Assembly: GCA_963729045.1 (NCBI GenBank)
Contig: CAVSMN010000008.1
Coordinates: 36,444-100,443 of the forward strand
Reading direction: 5' to 3'
Length of the DNA stretch: 64,000 bases
DNA from: an uncultured Nitrososphaeraceae archaeon
Lineage (GTDB): Archaea; Thermoproteota; Nitrososphaeria; Nitrososphaerales; Nitrososphaeraceae
This document shows positions 1 to 11,688 of the stretch, one piece after another. The position numbers were made by a program, and so were the translations under genes. The first letter of the stretch is position 1, and each line of letters begins with the position of its first letter. The notes under the pieces are model-generated. The model searched no databases. It had not been told where the DNA came from and was given only the letters and a program-made list of their open reading frames with translations.

Positions 1-1
1 C

Positions 2-409
2 GAATATGGCAACAATGTATTAACTCAACAACAACAACAACAAAATAATCAAACATCAATACCACATAATGCAAAAGGACACGAGTCTCATCAAGTAATT
101 ATATTCCAAAATTCTAGTGATGGTTTAAAATATACAGGAATGGTTACGTTCAGTCTTTCAAAGCCTGCAGATGTTATTTCATTTGATGAGATTACGGACG
201 GGCAGCCTACAAACGCAACCAAAAAGATTTGGGAAGTCGGAGACAAGAAATTTGTACCCAGCACACTTTTAAAAAATGTAACTGAGGGATCTATAAGCTT
301 TAATGGAAGCGGCATACAAGCACACAGTACTTCAGGAGATAGATATACCGGTTCCTTTACTCTCAATGATGCCCCTATTAGCAACAATAATAGTAGTGGG
401 ATTCAATAG
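2..409 (+). CDS. Hypothetical protein, 5'-truncated by window edge (probably secreted)
   Basis: Frame of ORF 140..409 is open back to base 2 (EYGNNVLTQQQQQQNNQTSIPHNAKGHESHQV...). Confidence 0.6.
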   Translation, partial: EYGNNVLTQQQQQQNNQTSIPHNAKGHESHQVIIFQNSSDGLKYTGMVTFSLSKPADVISFDEITDGQPTNATKKIWEVGDKKFVPSTLLKNVTEGSISFNGSGIQAHSTSGDRYTGSFTLNDAPISNNNSSGIQ

Positions 410-444
410 ACTTTATCGTAATAATACATAATAAATACTAAATA

Positions 445-475
445 GGAAGCCGCCCGCTTAGGGCGGAGCTATCAT
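445..475 (+). other. GC-rich hairpin (terminator or IS200/IS605-type end relic)
   Basis: GAAG-CCGCCC-GCTTA-GGGCGG-AGCTATCA, 40 bp after a stop codon. Confidence 0.4.
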
Positions 476-825
476 CTTCCGCAGTCCATATCATATGAAG
501 AACCAGTAATATATACTATATCAACCCTCGGATTGGTTTTTACTGCCTTAAAACAATTTTGTCTTATAAATAAATTACAACATATATAGAATATATTTGG
601 ATAATTATAGATAATTTTGTGTCTCAAAGGACACATATTACTTTCTTTGAAAATTAAAATCAAATAGATAAATGAAAAGAATATATTATTTATTCTTCAA
701 TAATACCTAATGCAATTGGATTTAAAAGCGTCGAACTGATTCAAACTGAACTATGGAAATTTCAACGATCAAGGATTACTAATTGTAAACCAACGACTTT
801 ACCAAATGAGATAAAATAGGTTGGA

Positions 826-1071
826 CTATATTCTAACCCATGTCATCATGCATTTAACCAAAAACCTGTGACAATGATTTTCATCTTTGCAATGGCAGAG
901 GAGTGTAACGGTGTCATATTTTGATAATATGTCAGAGCGTTGGGACGGAGGTTGCTGTTGTTGATGTTGCTCTTCATGATTTGTATCGGAATTATTAGTC
1001 CTATCAAGCGAAGCCAAGTTATCTAAGGCCTTTAATGCTAAAGGATTGTTTAGTATTTCCAATATGTCCAT
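826..1071 (-). pseudogene. DUF488-like protein C-terminal fragment
   Basis: VTLLCHCKDENHCHRFLV resembles the DUF488 TLLC...CHR motif; N-terminal part appears disrupted. Confidence 0.4.
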
Positions 1072-1406
1072 ACGAGAGTATTCATACTTCTTCTTACCCT
1101 CATGCTAATTGTGAAGGATGAGCATGAATGAGGGACTCCCATTACCTATGCTGTCCAATAAGCGGATGAAGAGGTGTTATCATTTACGTTCGCAACTAGT
1201 GAAGGTGACATGGTAAATATTGTTGTAATTCAGGCGCCGCTCTTATCGGCGCCAAAGTCTATGGATAGGCCATCATGCTAATGGACGACTTGATGCAAAG
1301 TTAATGATAAGCAACAATCCTTTCAGACAGAAGAATAAACATGACCTTTCTGTTATTGACAGAATAGAGGAACGAATGCATTCTTTGTTGTCAGACATAA
1401 GAAGTA

Positions 1407-1688
1407 TCATTGTTCCTCTAATGGCTCCCTCGAATATTTTACCTTAAGAACCAACATACAAATATTTAATGATGCTCCAATGGAGTTGCCAATAACAATA
1501 ACAATATCTGCTCTTCCAATTCCATAAATAACCCATAGAGAAAGACCAGCAATCAAGACAAGAAGAAAACGAATCGATACATCCTCCGTATCTTTTGTGT
1601 TTAATGCTTTTTTAATCTGCGGGACCGTACTTGCAACTGTGAACACAGTGGCCAAAAGGCCGATGAATGTTATTAGAAGATCTACCAT
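1407..1688 (-). CDS. SemiSWEET / PQ-loop (MtN3) family transporter
   Basis: 93 aa, three TM segments, VPQIKK..KDTEDVS and LWVIYG motifs. Confidence 0.85.
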   Translation of the reverse strand: MVDLLITFIGLLATVFTVASTVPQIKKALNTKDTEDVSIRFLLVLIAGLSLWVIYGIGRADIVIVIGNSIGASLNICMLVLKVKYSREPLEEQ

Positions 1689-1933
1689 CTATTTTACGTT
1701 GTATAACTTATCTTTTATTGACTATAATATTTGCTATTTAACTTGAGTAACGCTACACGGCATAAGCATCATATTAACGTTATATCGCCACAAAAGTGCG
1801 ATTCAATTATCAATAGAACGTATCATAAAGGACAAATATTGTCTTGAAGCCCACCGAGAGAGCAAATCTTTAGACCTCGAATAATAAAATCCCATACACG
1901 ACGCTTTTTAAAGTATCGTAAACATTCAAGATT

Positions 1934-2365
1934 GTGAGAGGATATCAAAAACTTACAATAATAACAGCAGCATTAGGATTAGTAATCCCTTTTATCGGAC
2001 TTTTCTTGTATTTTTTTATCAATAGTGTCATAGGAATTCCTATTCTAGGTCTATTTTTAGGAGGAGCTTTACTTGTTGCCATTGCAATCATAGCAATAAA
2101 TATTGGTGCAATCGTAACAGCTTTTAAAGTTAAAAACACAAAGATTGTTGGTATAACTTTAATCGCTTGCGGAATATTGCTATTTTTGGTTATCCAATTT
2201 TTTGCCATCCCAAGTCTAGTATTATATATAATAGCAGGAGTTCTTGCGTTGAGGGAAAAAAATTCAACAAATGTAAAGGCAACCTTTTCCTGTGAAACAT
2301 GTGGACAAACTTTTGACTCAATACAGGATTTAAAGGAACATTCTAGCATCACACACTATAAGTAA
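1934..2365 (+). CDS. Membrane protein with C-terminal C2H2 zinc finger
   Basis: Four hydrophobic segments then FSCETCGQTFDSIQDLKEHSSITH. Confidence 0.75.
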   Translation: MRGYQKLTIITAALGLVIPFIGLFLYFFINSVIGIPILGLFLGGALLVAIAIIAINIGAIVTAFKVKNTKIVGITLIACGILLFLVIQFFAIPSLVLYIIAGVLALREKNSTNVKATFSCETCGQTFDSIQDLKEHSSITHYK

Positions 2366-2544
2366 TTACTAAACACTCTATTGCTATAGCCAATAGGAAG
2401 ACTCTTCTATTATTGAAATTTCTCCTCTTAACAACACAATGTTTGGTATTCTTTGTTGTGATAACGGAATTGAAAAAGATAATAAGTATATAGATATTTA
2501 CAAACAGAGTAAAAATTAATTGGTAAGAAGATAGATTGAATATT

Positions 2545-2900
2545 AATTACTAATACTATATTAAGTTTTGTCATTCTAAATGGCATGGTAAGAATATCTC
2601 TGTCTTTTATTACTGTTATTTCTAATGTTGCTGTAGGGTAAATATTATTTTGGTGTTGTTGTGACTAATACAATTTTTTGGTTTGGCTTTTCATTATGTA
2701 TTATTTTAACAACATCTAGTATAGAAGGATTACGCAGATGAGTATCAAGTATTATGGCGTCATATGGACTATTCTTTTTCTTAATATCAAGAAAGCAGTC
2801 CAAGGTTTTTTCAGAACTGCTTGCTATTTCGATATTTATAAATAATAAAGATAAATAAGATTCAAAGCATTTAAATTAACTAGTTTTCAGATTCTGTAAT
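2545..2900 (-). pseudogene. Response-regulator receiver domain relic
   Basis: Manual minus-strand translation: PYDAIILDTHLRNPSILDVVKIIHNEKPNQKIVLVTT and DILTMPFRMTKL, broken by a stop/frameshift; boundaries approximate. Confidence 0.5.
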
Positions 2901-3399
2901 CAAAATTTGTATTTTCTCTAATTCTTTTTCTTCTGAAGATTGAGAATATTATATTTGTTTATTTTGAGGGGTTTTGACACGCATTATATATCAACTGGAA
3001 TAGAATAATAGAGTCACCATAACTTATATCATCATGTTTTAATTAATTTTTAAAATTTTTAATCATTTAAGATGATTTACTAAAAAACCAAATCAGATAA
3101 AATATGGAAATGGATTTGTTTAAAGTTATATGGTTGACTTTAAGTAATGATTTTAATGGTGATGTAGATATTCAATAATGCTTTATAACTTAGATAAGTT
3201 AAAAGAGGATTATGTAACTGTATGGTTTCTTTATTTAAATGTAGTTATTGTAATGAGATGAAAAGTTTTACAGATAAAGATGTAACATTTAAAGAAAATA
3301 TATGTATTTATTGCGGAAATGAGAAAAAGAAGAATAAGTTAGTAAAAAATAATTAAAAAAGTTAAGATATTAAGATGTAGGATAATTGTAGATATTAAT

Positions 3400-3870
3400 G
3401 TATAGATATATTATACTATAATATAATTGATTTACTTTTATTATATTGAAACTACTGATTTTGTTATTTAGATATATTGAGAAAGGTATCTTTATTCTTT
3501 TTTGAGATATATTTTACATTTGTTATCACTTATTTATTCATATATTTGAGAATTCTCTTTCCCATAAACTCATATCTTATTGATAGATAATAATAGCAGC
3601 AAATTTGTAGGCTCTATCTTTACTAAAAGCAGTAAACTTGACATAGATTAACTGTTTTAACTCTTCTTTTTTGAGAAACTAGTTTATGTTTTTTTCAAGT
3701 TCAGGTAGTTGTTGATTGTAGTAGATTTTTACTTTAGTTATAATTTCTTTGGTATGAAGAATTATTTAATATTTTTTTATGTAATAATAAAAAAAAATTA
3801 TTGTAAATATAGCCTAGGAAGCACTAACAGTTTGTATCTTATACATGTATGAATTTAACTGACTACTTAT
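3400..3870 (-). pseudogene. Possible heavily decayed radical SAM gene
   Basis: Minus strand reads QTVSAS* followed by a decayed stretch where RGCxxxCxxC would lie, then FTAFSKDRAYKFA and KRILKYMNK; cysteines are not intact, so support is weak. Confidence 0.25.
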
Positions 3871-4049
3871 CAATAATAAATTGAATATAGAGAGAGATGG
3901 TTAAGTATTTTGTAAATGCTTGAGGATTATTAGCTTTAGCACAGAGTAAACAACTCACAAAACACTAGATTGGATTATAAGGGTATGACTATTTATAGAA
4001 ATTATTTTAAGTTTGATACACTTATTTTATAATAAAAAAAGAGTGGCTG

Positions 4050-5257
4050 AAGATTTTAAAATATTAATGGTTTGTAATTGTATATATCTTTATGCAGGGA
4101 GGTGTTGGTAGCTATATGTACAATTTGGTTAAATCATTGCATTTAAAAGGCTTAGAGGGCATAGTAGTATCTGGTTCAGCAGGTTCGGGAGAGCATAAGG
4201 GAATCTCACTTAATAATTACAATAATTGAGAACTATTATAGAAATTTATAAAAGAGATTGAGTGGGATATAGTACATATATAACATGAGTTTGGATTATA
4301 TGGTTTTTTTCTGAATATTTTACTCTCTTACAAAGCATAGATAGAACTTGATGAATTCTACAATAAATGTAAAACTCCTATAGTAACTACTTTTCATATA
4401 TCCATGTATAGTAGACAATGGATAAGATTGATAAATATAAAAGAAAGAGGTAAAGACAAAGATTTTCTAAGGCTTTATTCACTTTACAAAATATGGCGAC
4501 ACTTTATTAATTATTCTTCTATGCATAGGATTAACAAGTATTTTATGTCTAAGAGAGTTTTATGGATTAGTTCTCTCAAATTATATGAAAGAACTAATTA
4601 TAGAAAGAAAATACTATATCATAAATAGTACAACACATTTTGATAGTGATACAAGAAGAAATGAAGAAAGAAAGAGATTGCATATTTCACAAAAAGGAAG
4701 ATTTGTTTTAGATTAAGGATTTATCACTAATATTAAAGGATGGGATATAATAAGAAAAATAAAAATGTGTAGGGTTGGGAGATATGTAGTAAACTATTCA
4801 AAGAACTTTTATAACAACGAAAAAAATGGATTTTGAATTTCAAGATGATAAAAGAATCAATTTAAATAAAAGGTATCTCTCAGAAGAAGAACTTTCATTA
4901 TTGTTTTTTTTTTGTGACGCAGTTTTATTACCATACAAGGTATGCTCTGGTTCTGGCATCATGTATGATGGAACAAGAGATGGAAAAACATTTGTGGGTT
5001 CGTATATGGAATTTTTTTAAGAGTATTTATCAATTAATTTTGACATTGTAACAAAGATAAATATGAGGAGTTTTGAGCAAGTTTTCGTTCAAATGGATAG
5101 GAATTATCTTTTTTTTAAATATAGAATTGAAGAGTTTAGAAAAAACTTAATTTGGCACAATATAGCAAAACAACATATCTCTATATACAAAATCATAACA
5201 AGAGTAGAATTGACAGAATCGCTTTTAGCTGTCGAAATAATTCGTAAAACTCAATAA
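4050..5257 (+). pseudogene. GT4 family glycosyltransferase, fragmented
   Basis: Fragments GGVGSY, VHI*HEFGLYG, IVTTFH, YLSEEEL..FFFCDAVLLPYKVCSGSG, LIWHNIAKQHISIY across several frames. Confidence 0.75.
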
Positions 5258-5353
5258 GTGATATAAAAATAAAAATGGATTATATAATATTTCCATACTA
5301 TTTTGTCATAGTGCATTTAGAACACGGTTTATTGCAAATGCAGGAATTTGAAA

Positions 5354-7170
5354 ATGAGTAGAAAAAATATACTTGTTCTTGGAATAAATGATGGACATGA
5401 CGCTGGAGATGCTTTGGTTTAAAACGGGCAGGTAATAATTGCTGTCCATGAAGAGCAGATAAACAATGATAAAGGTTTCAGAGGAATACATGAAAAGGCT
5501 ATTCCAAAGGTTTTTGACATTTCTCATACAAATCCATCAGATTTAAATTTGATTGCCTTGGCTAGTTACTATCCACCAGGAGGAGAAAATCTAAAAGCAT
5601 TATCGACCAAGTCATTGATACGACTCAGCCCATTACTCCATTCGGATTCTTTTATCAAATTTTACTTAAGGTATATCAAAAACAAAAGGAACTTTGAAAA
5701 GTTTGAAAAAATTTTTAAAAGTTTAGGAATAAATCCTAACCAGATTGAAACAACAATAATTGAACATCAACTTGCTCATGCTTCTGCTGCATATAGAAGT
5801 TCTCCATTTGGATATAGCAAAGAAGATATACTAATTGTCACTGCTGATGGTTCAGGCGACGGATTATCTTCATCTGTAAACATAGGTATTACGAATAAAA
5901 CGGACAGCAGCGTGGTCCTACAAAAGGAAACTATAGGAGATATAAAAAGAATTGCTTCTTCATCCTATTACGATTCGATAGGCAATGCATTTTATACAGA
6001 AATAACAAAATATTTGGGACTAAAACCATGGGAACATGAAAGTAAGGTGATGGGTCTAGCACCATACGATAAACCAGAATACTGTATAGACAAAAAGAGG
6101 AAAATGATAAAAATAAATGCATCTCATAATCTAAGAATTAAAAACACCATAGGTCCCTTTGGATAGGAGGGTCTGCGATACAATGTAGATTAAGTAAATT
6201 ATTGCAGAATCAAAGATTTGATAATGTTGTTGCTGCTGCACAACAACATCTCGAAGAGTTGATGAAAAAATGGGTTAGTAATGCTGTTAAAAAAACAGGT
6301 ATCAGGAAAATTGTTTGTGCAGGTGGAATTTTTTTGAATGTAAAAATGAATATGATTCTAAGAAAGTTTTTGCAAAGTTTTTCCTCTAGCAATGATGAAA
6401 ATGGAATGATTTTTGTATATCCTGCTCCTGACGATAGCGGGCTTCCAGTCAGATGTGATATGGAAGGGTATTATCAGTATTGTAAAAGAGACGGAAAGGA
6501 ACCATTAAGTGTTAAGGTTGAACATACCTACTATAGACATTCCAATAGCAACGATGAGATTAAAGACATAATAAAAAAATGCAATGAAAAAAGTAATAAC
6601 TTTAATTCTAATGGTATCAATGGTAAGTTCAATTACGATTACTATGATGACATTGATGGTATGGCGGGTGAACTTCTTTCAAAGGGTAAAGTTCTTGCTA
6701 GGTGTACAAGTGGTGGTGAATGGGGTCTCTGAGCTCTTGGAAATAGGTCTATTATTGCAGATCCTCAAGATAGTAATACGATACACAAAATTAACTTTGC
6801 TATCAAACAGAGGGATTTTTGGATGTCTTTTGCTCAGTCTATGCTGTATGAAAGAAGCTAGTATTAGATTGTTGATCTCTAATATGCACCATACATGATA
6901 ATGGCATTTGATTTGACAGAAAAGGGACAGATACTCTTACCAGCTGCGATACCTCCATATGATAAGACTTGTCGATCTCATAATATCAAAAAGCAATGCC
7001 ATAGAGGCTATTACAAAATCATTAAAACATTAGAAAAAATAACAGGGATTGCATCTGTCTTAAATATTTCATTTAATCTACATGTATATCCTATTTTGGA
7101 TTCCCCTGATGTAAAACTTTGGACTTTGGAGAACTCAAGGTTAGACGGACTTTTTTTGGATACTATTTAG
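5354..7170 (+). pseudogene. Carbamoyltransferase (NodU/CmcH family), fragmented
   Basis: LGINDGHDA, EHQLAHASAAY, ADGSGDG, HESKVMGLA, AGGIFLNVKMN, PAPDDSG, EWGL*ALGNRSIIADP, LNISFNLH; several stops and frameshifts. Confidence 0.9.
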
Positions 7171-7501
7171 TCACCAATTCATAATATTTGTAAAGAATTG
7201 ATAAATAAAGTCTTACTAGTCTCTATATCAAATGTATAAACATAAAATAAGAAAGTTGATGTTAATTTACTAAGTACTTTTCTGTCATTATAGATATAAT
7301 CATCTCATTTAAAGATGAATTTGAGCAGAAAAACTATGGTTACAAACTTTCTGATGTAAATCTTAAATAGAATCAGATTAATGATTTTATTAGTTCTCTA
7401 ATGTGTAAATTCCAGCAAGATCTCATATATATCAAGTAGTAAATAATCTGACATACTTTTATTGGTCGGATTTGATCTATCTCATCTTAGTGTGAGATAG
7501 T

Positions 7502-7783
7502 ATGAATTCATATTATAATGATGATGTGGATGCTGGCTATGTCAAATTCACTGATAATAGAATAGTAAAAACAGAACCTATAAGCAAAAATATCTATGTT
7601 GATTTGGATAAAAACAACAAGCTAGTAGGAGTAGAGGTATTAGGTATGAAAAATAATGTCAGACATAATGTCATGGGTAGACAGATAGAGAATAGTTTAT
7701 CTAATTTAGAATCTGATAGATTCAAAGAATTTGCCATTGATGAATATATTATAGAATTAAAGAATAAATTTGGAAAGTTTTAG
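7502..7783 (+). CDS. DUF2283 domain protein
   Basis: YNDDVDAGYVKF...IYVDLDKNNKLVGVEVL pattern. Confidence 0.75.
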   Translation: MNSYYNDDVDAGYVKFTDNRIVKTEPISKNIYVDLDKNNKLVGVEVLGMKNNVRHNVMGRQIENSLSNLESDRFKEFAIDEYIIELKNKFGKF

Positions 7784-7880
7784 TAAAACAGAACAGGATT
7801 AGATAGGAAATAATTTACTTATTCATTACCTCTCTAAATTACTACATGCTAATTTATATACGAAGAAATATCCTCAGAAT

Positions 7881-8334
7881 TTAAAAATAAAAATATGAAA
7901 AATTAACCTGTTCACTAGTGCTATTGGCTGTTCCTATGGTTGTTTGATTGAATGGGACAGTGGTCTTATTCGCTATAACGGTGGTTGCGGGTCCAGTTTT
8001 TGGTACCATTGTCTTATTCTCTATATTAGATAGATTTCCAGTTTGAGAAGATATAGTCTGGTTTTGCAGTGGTTGTAATTGAGATTGATCTTTTACTGGC
8101 TCAGATGTTTGATTAACAGTTACTGTTGTTTGTTCTACTTGGACTGTAGTTTGATTTGCAATAACCGTTTGAGGACTAACAGAAATGCTTGCCATCGTCT
8201 GATTTTCAGGAATGACTACTGATGATGATTGGTTTTGGCTTGGATATTGATTTTGAGCAAGTTCTGGTTCGTCATTCACTACAGATGAAATTAATAATGG
8301 AACGAGAGATTAGGAATATGAATGTATTTCTCAT
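7881..8334 (-). pseudogene. Secreted N/Q/T-rich protein with frameshifted signal peptide
   Basis: ORF 7881..8279 is rich in NQT motifs; upstream ATG near 8334 (MRNTFIFLI) is out of frame. Confidence 0.5.
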
Positions 8335-8462
8335 GGTTAGTTTGTGACAAACATTGCTTAAATACATAGCCAATACATAGTAATCCAGAAGAAACTATAA
8401 ACTATAATCTATAATGAAATATTGAGAAAATAGAGAAAGCATGATTAATTTATCTTTCTCTT

Positions 8463-9095
8463 CTAATATTTTGACTGATGATCTTTTTGAGTTGATAATA
8501 ATGTATCGTCGCTATCTCTTTCAATTCTCTCATATGCTGATACATTTCTTTTTCCTATTTCTGCAAGATATTTTGATTGTTTCTTTGTGTTATCAACTAC
8601 GTGTTTAAATACTTCAATATTAGAAAATGCCATATCATTAAAAATTCTACTCATTGCTATGGTATTTTCTGCATAATTATTTACTAATTTTGTAGTATAT
8701 TTCTGGTATTCTTCTAAAGTAATCTTGGTTATCCAATAATTGGTTATTTACATTGTATATATAAGGGGCAGATACTGATTGAAAAGAATCGATTGTTTGT
8801 TTTTGATATTCAAGATAACTTTCTGCAATATCTTTAGTAGCTTGAAGTGTTTGTTCTTGAACTTGATTAACAGTTTCAGTATAACGTGGAATCTGATTTC
8901 TTGCTTCTCTGATACTTTCATCTATATCTTTTTTTTGACTCATCAAAAGCTTGTTCAAGTGATTCGGTGTTTTGTTCTACAACTCTATTATATAATCTTT
9001 GATTATTTTGGTAAATATCTTGTTGATTATCGGATATTATTGTTAACTAAAGATGAAGTATGGTCATTAATTTCTTTTTTATCGTTTTTAGACAT
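8463..9095 (-). pseudogene. Conserved Nitrososphaerales-type helical hypothetical protein, fragmented
   Basis: ORFs 8677..8958 and 8463..8654 plus ATG at 9095 are collinear; SIREARNQIPRYTETVNQVQEQTLQATKDIAESYLEYQK. Confidence 0.55.
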
Positions 9096-9473
9096 TTCGT
9101 ATTAATTATTTAGTTTCTATACTATATAAATACAGGTATCAATTGGTTTTTAATACCAAGTAAGAACTTTATTCATCAGTAAACGAGTCATATTTATCAA
9201 ATCTTAATATTAACTAGATTCATGACTACCACGGAACTTTATCCTCACGGATAGCATAAATAATCAGATATAATGGATGAGGATAGTTCATAAAAAATAA
9301 TATCCAAAAGTAGGAAAAGTTTTATTCAATAATTATTTAGAAACGATATATCTATTACTAAACTCAAGGACTAGATCGTCTTTAACATTACTTACCTAAA
9401 TAGATGATCTCAATAACAATTCTATAATCTTCGTCTTTAAGCAAAGTATGAAAAGTGAATGTGAAGAAAGGAT

Positions 9474-9642
9474 ATTATAAAATATTGCAGAATAGTCTTA
9501 ACAAACTCTAATATTTATTATTTGTATTATCATATGTACATCAAATATTGACTATGCGAAACAACAGGTCAAATCAAATGTCATCAAATTCCGGATGTTA
9601 CCAATAGTAGATCAATATTTGTTATTCATTCAAACTTTTTTG
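9474..9642 (+). repeat. ~165-bp non-coding duplication, copy 1 (copy 2 at 31105-31270; short third copy 29651-29678)
   Basis: Near-identical TATAAAATATTGCAGAA...CCGGATGTTACCAATAGTAGATCAATATTTGTTATTCATTCAAAC. Confidence 0.9.
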
Positions 9643-9823
9643 TTGACAGTATTTTAAATCAAACTATTAAAAAGTAGTTTCTTTCTAATGTTAGATTAGT
9701 TTATGCTCCAATTTGTAGATAACCATATCAAGAAGGATTTTCCAATAGAATATCTAGATATTTGTTATCTAATGGATTTTGTTTTAGACAAAGTTAAATA
9801 GCAATAGAAAAATAAAAATCGTA

Positions 9824-10198
9824 ATGTCTTCTTCTGCTCGTTCCATCATCGTAATTGATGACGAGATAGAACTTGCATCTCTTTTTAAGACATTTTTAGA
9901 AAATGAGGGGTATGATGTTGTTTCTTTCACCGATCCTACATTGGCTCTAGAATATTTCAAGGAAACTTCTGATAAACATTCTTTGATAATAACTGACTTA
10001 AGAATGCCAGGTTTATGTGGAATCGATCTTGCAAAAAATATACGGAAAAGTAATAATAATATCAAAATATTCCTGATGACCGCTTTTGAAACACACAGTT
10101 TACAAGATGATGAGGACTTTAAAACCGCAAGAATTGATAGACTAATTCAAAAACCCGTTCGTTTTTCTGATCTAAGGGAATGGATAAAAAATGCTTAA
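9824..10198 (+). CDS. Single-domain response regulator (receiver)
   Basis: IVIDDE, IITDLRMPGLCG, FLMTAF, IQKP. Confidence 0.92.
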   Translation: MSSSARSIIVIDDEIELASLFKTFLENEGYDVVSFTDPTLALEYFKETSDKHSLIITDLRMPGLCGIDLAKNIRKSNNNIKIFLMTAFETHSLQDDEDFKTARIDRLIQKPVRFSDLREWIKNA

Positions 10199-10286
10199 AA
10201 ATTGATGATAGTTGGCTTTCTTAATCATTTTATACAGATTAATCGTAAAATATAATTAGTTTTGTAACATTTTATTAAAACACTTT

Positions 10287-10889
10287 TTATATCTTTATTG
10301 CGAACTCATGATGATCCAATAACTTTAGTTTTTGTTCTTCTGATAACTTATTAAAATCTTTTTGATGATATAAACACACTCTCTTTAAATCTATATCATA
10401 TTTTGAAGGCAAAGCCAACTCATAATTTACAAGATCCTCTTCACGATGTTTAAAAGGAAATGCGCCCGTATCAGTTAAAATCGAAACACCAGCCTTTCCC
10501 ATTGTCTTGGCAGATTCTACTAAATTTTTATTGAAATTATTATCAGATTCTGGAGAATCATGGTCTGAATATTTCTTTAATGAATCGACAATTATTAGTG
10601 ATTTTTCTTCTTTTTCCCACTTTTCTATGTCTATTGATATCTCACCCTCCGATAGAGACTTTCTGACAGAATCTTCAGTTTCATAAAATGGTGCTAGTTG
10701 AATAACTTCGTTTCTTTCCTCAACCCTTTTTTTTACATAATAAGAATAAAACTTTCTTAGTATATCCAAATTCGGATAAACAATTAACTTATGAGTCCAA
10801 TCATTTGATTCTGATATAGTATCTGATGCATTTTCTAAATGCATTATTAATAATATCATCCTCAAAGGACACTTCGTAATACCCACCAT
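10287..10889 (-). CDS. MEDS-domain (sensory) protein; true start possibly ~10843
   Basis: HKLIVYPNL...CLYHQKDF; paralog of 29699..30337. Confidence 0.75.
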   Translation of the reverse strand: MVGITKCPLRMILLIMHLENASDTISESNDWTHKLIVYPNLDILRKFYSYYVKKRVEERNEVIQLAPFYETEDSVRKSLSEGEISIDIEKWEKEEKSLIIVDSLKKYSDHDSPESDNNFNKNLVESAKTMGKAGVSILTDTGAFPFKHREEDLVNYELALPSKYDIDLKRVCLYHQKDFNKLSEEQKLKLLDHHEFAIKI

Positions 10890-11194
10890 TGTTTATCGAT
10901 AAAAGTTTAATACCTTGGGTTAATAACAGGTGGTCCCTCTCTTAACAAGTTAAGAACAGTTACTATGACACGGCAAAATGCTGAGCCATAATAGGGACAG
11001 AAATGTTCAAAATGCAATTGTGATTTTGGCTCAAATGCAATAATGCCCTAATTCAATAGACGCCAAAAGCATCTTGTGATGACCTATATTTTAAATTATA
11101 AAAGACAAAATTATAACTAGTGAATATAAACAAATTCCATTCTTTTCATACTAGCAATTATCAAAAAGTTGATCATAGTTTATCTTTTAAAGAT

Positions 11195-11237
11195 GAATTC
11201 ATGATTTTACGGCATGGGTTCGAGTCCCACTCCAGGT
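11195..11237 (+). repeat. Family A site A1 (tRNA T-arm-like att site)
   Basis: GAATTCATGATTTTACGGCATGGGTTCGAGTCCCACTCCAGG. Confidence 0.8.
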
Positions 11238-11278
11238 TCACTTAGTATTTCAGACGACTATCCATATTCCGAAGTATA

Positions 11279-11314
11279 AACCCATGACTACCTGGCATGT
11301 AAACAAATCCCATC
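11279..11314 (+). repeat. Family B site B1
   Basis: AACCCATGACTACCTGGCATGTAAACAAATCCCATC. Confidence 0.8.
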
Positions 11315-11340
11315 ACCTCCTTAAATTAATAAGTTTATTA

Positions 11341-11389
11341 GTTGGATCCGCGATTATACGGTAAGGATTCGAGTCCCAAAACTTCATCT
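11341..11389 (+). repeat. Family A site A2
   Basis: GTTGGATCCGCGATTATACGGTAAGGATTCGAGTCCCAAAACTTCATCT. Confidence 0.8.
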
Positions 11390-11497
11390 ACTTAATTTTT
11401 CGGTGTATTTTTTGTGTTAATGATTTATTCATGTAGCTTTCTCTTTCAATTTAACAGATAAATAATTTGTAATTTATTCATAGATGATAACGGCTTC

Positions 11498-11686
11498 ATG
11501 AAAATGGTAAAAGCAAATGACGTCCATATTGAAGTAGCGTCATTAGAAGATATAAAAGAAATATTTACCGGATACAAAAGTATTAAAAATATTTACCTGT
11601 ACCAAAAACATGGTTATCATGAATTTAAAAGACTGTCCTTAGATGATTCGCCTGTAATGATATTTTTGGAGAAAAATGTAAGCTAG
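11498..11686 (+). pseudogene. GNAT acetyltransferase relic (internal deletion)
   Basis: N-terminal IEVASLED joined directly to C-terminal FTGYKSIKNIYLYQKHGYHEF. Confidence 0.55.
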
Positions 11687-11688
11687 AA

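Noticed and set aside
9218..9254. Possible hybrid B/C site (CATGACTACC...ATCCTCACGGAT)
   Set aside because: Matches are short and degenerate, so it was not counted.
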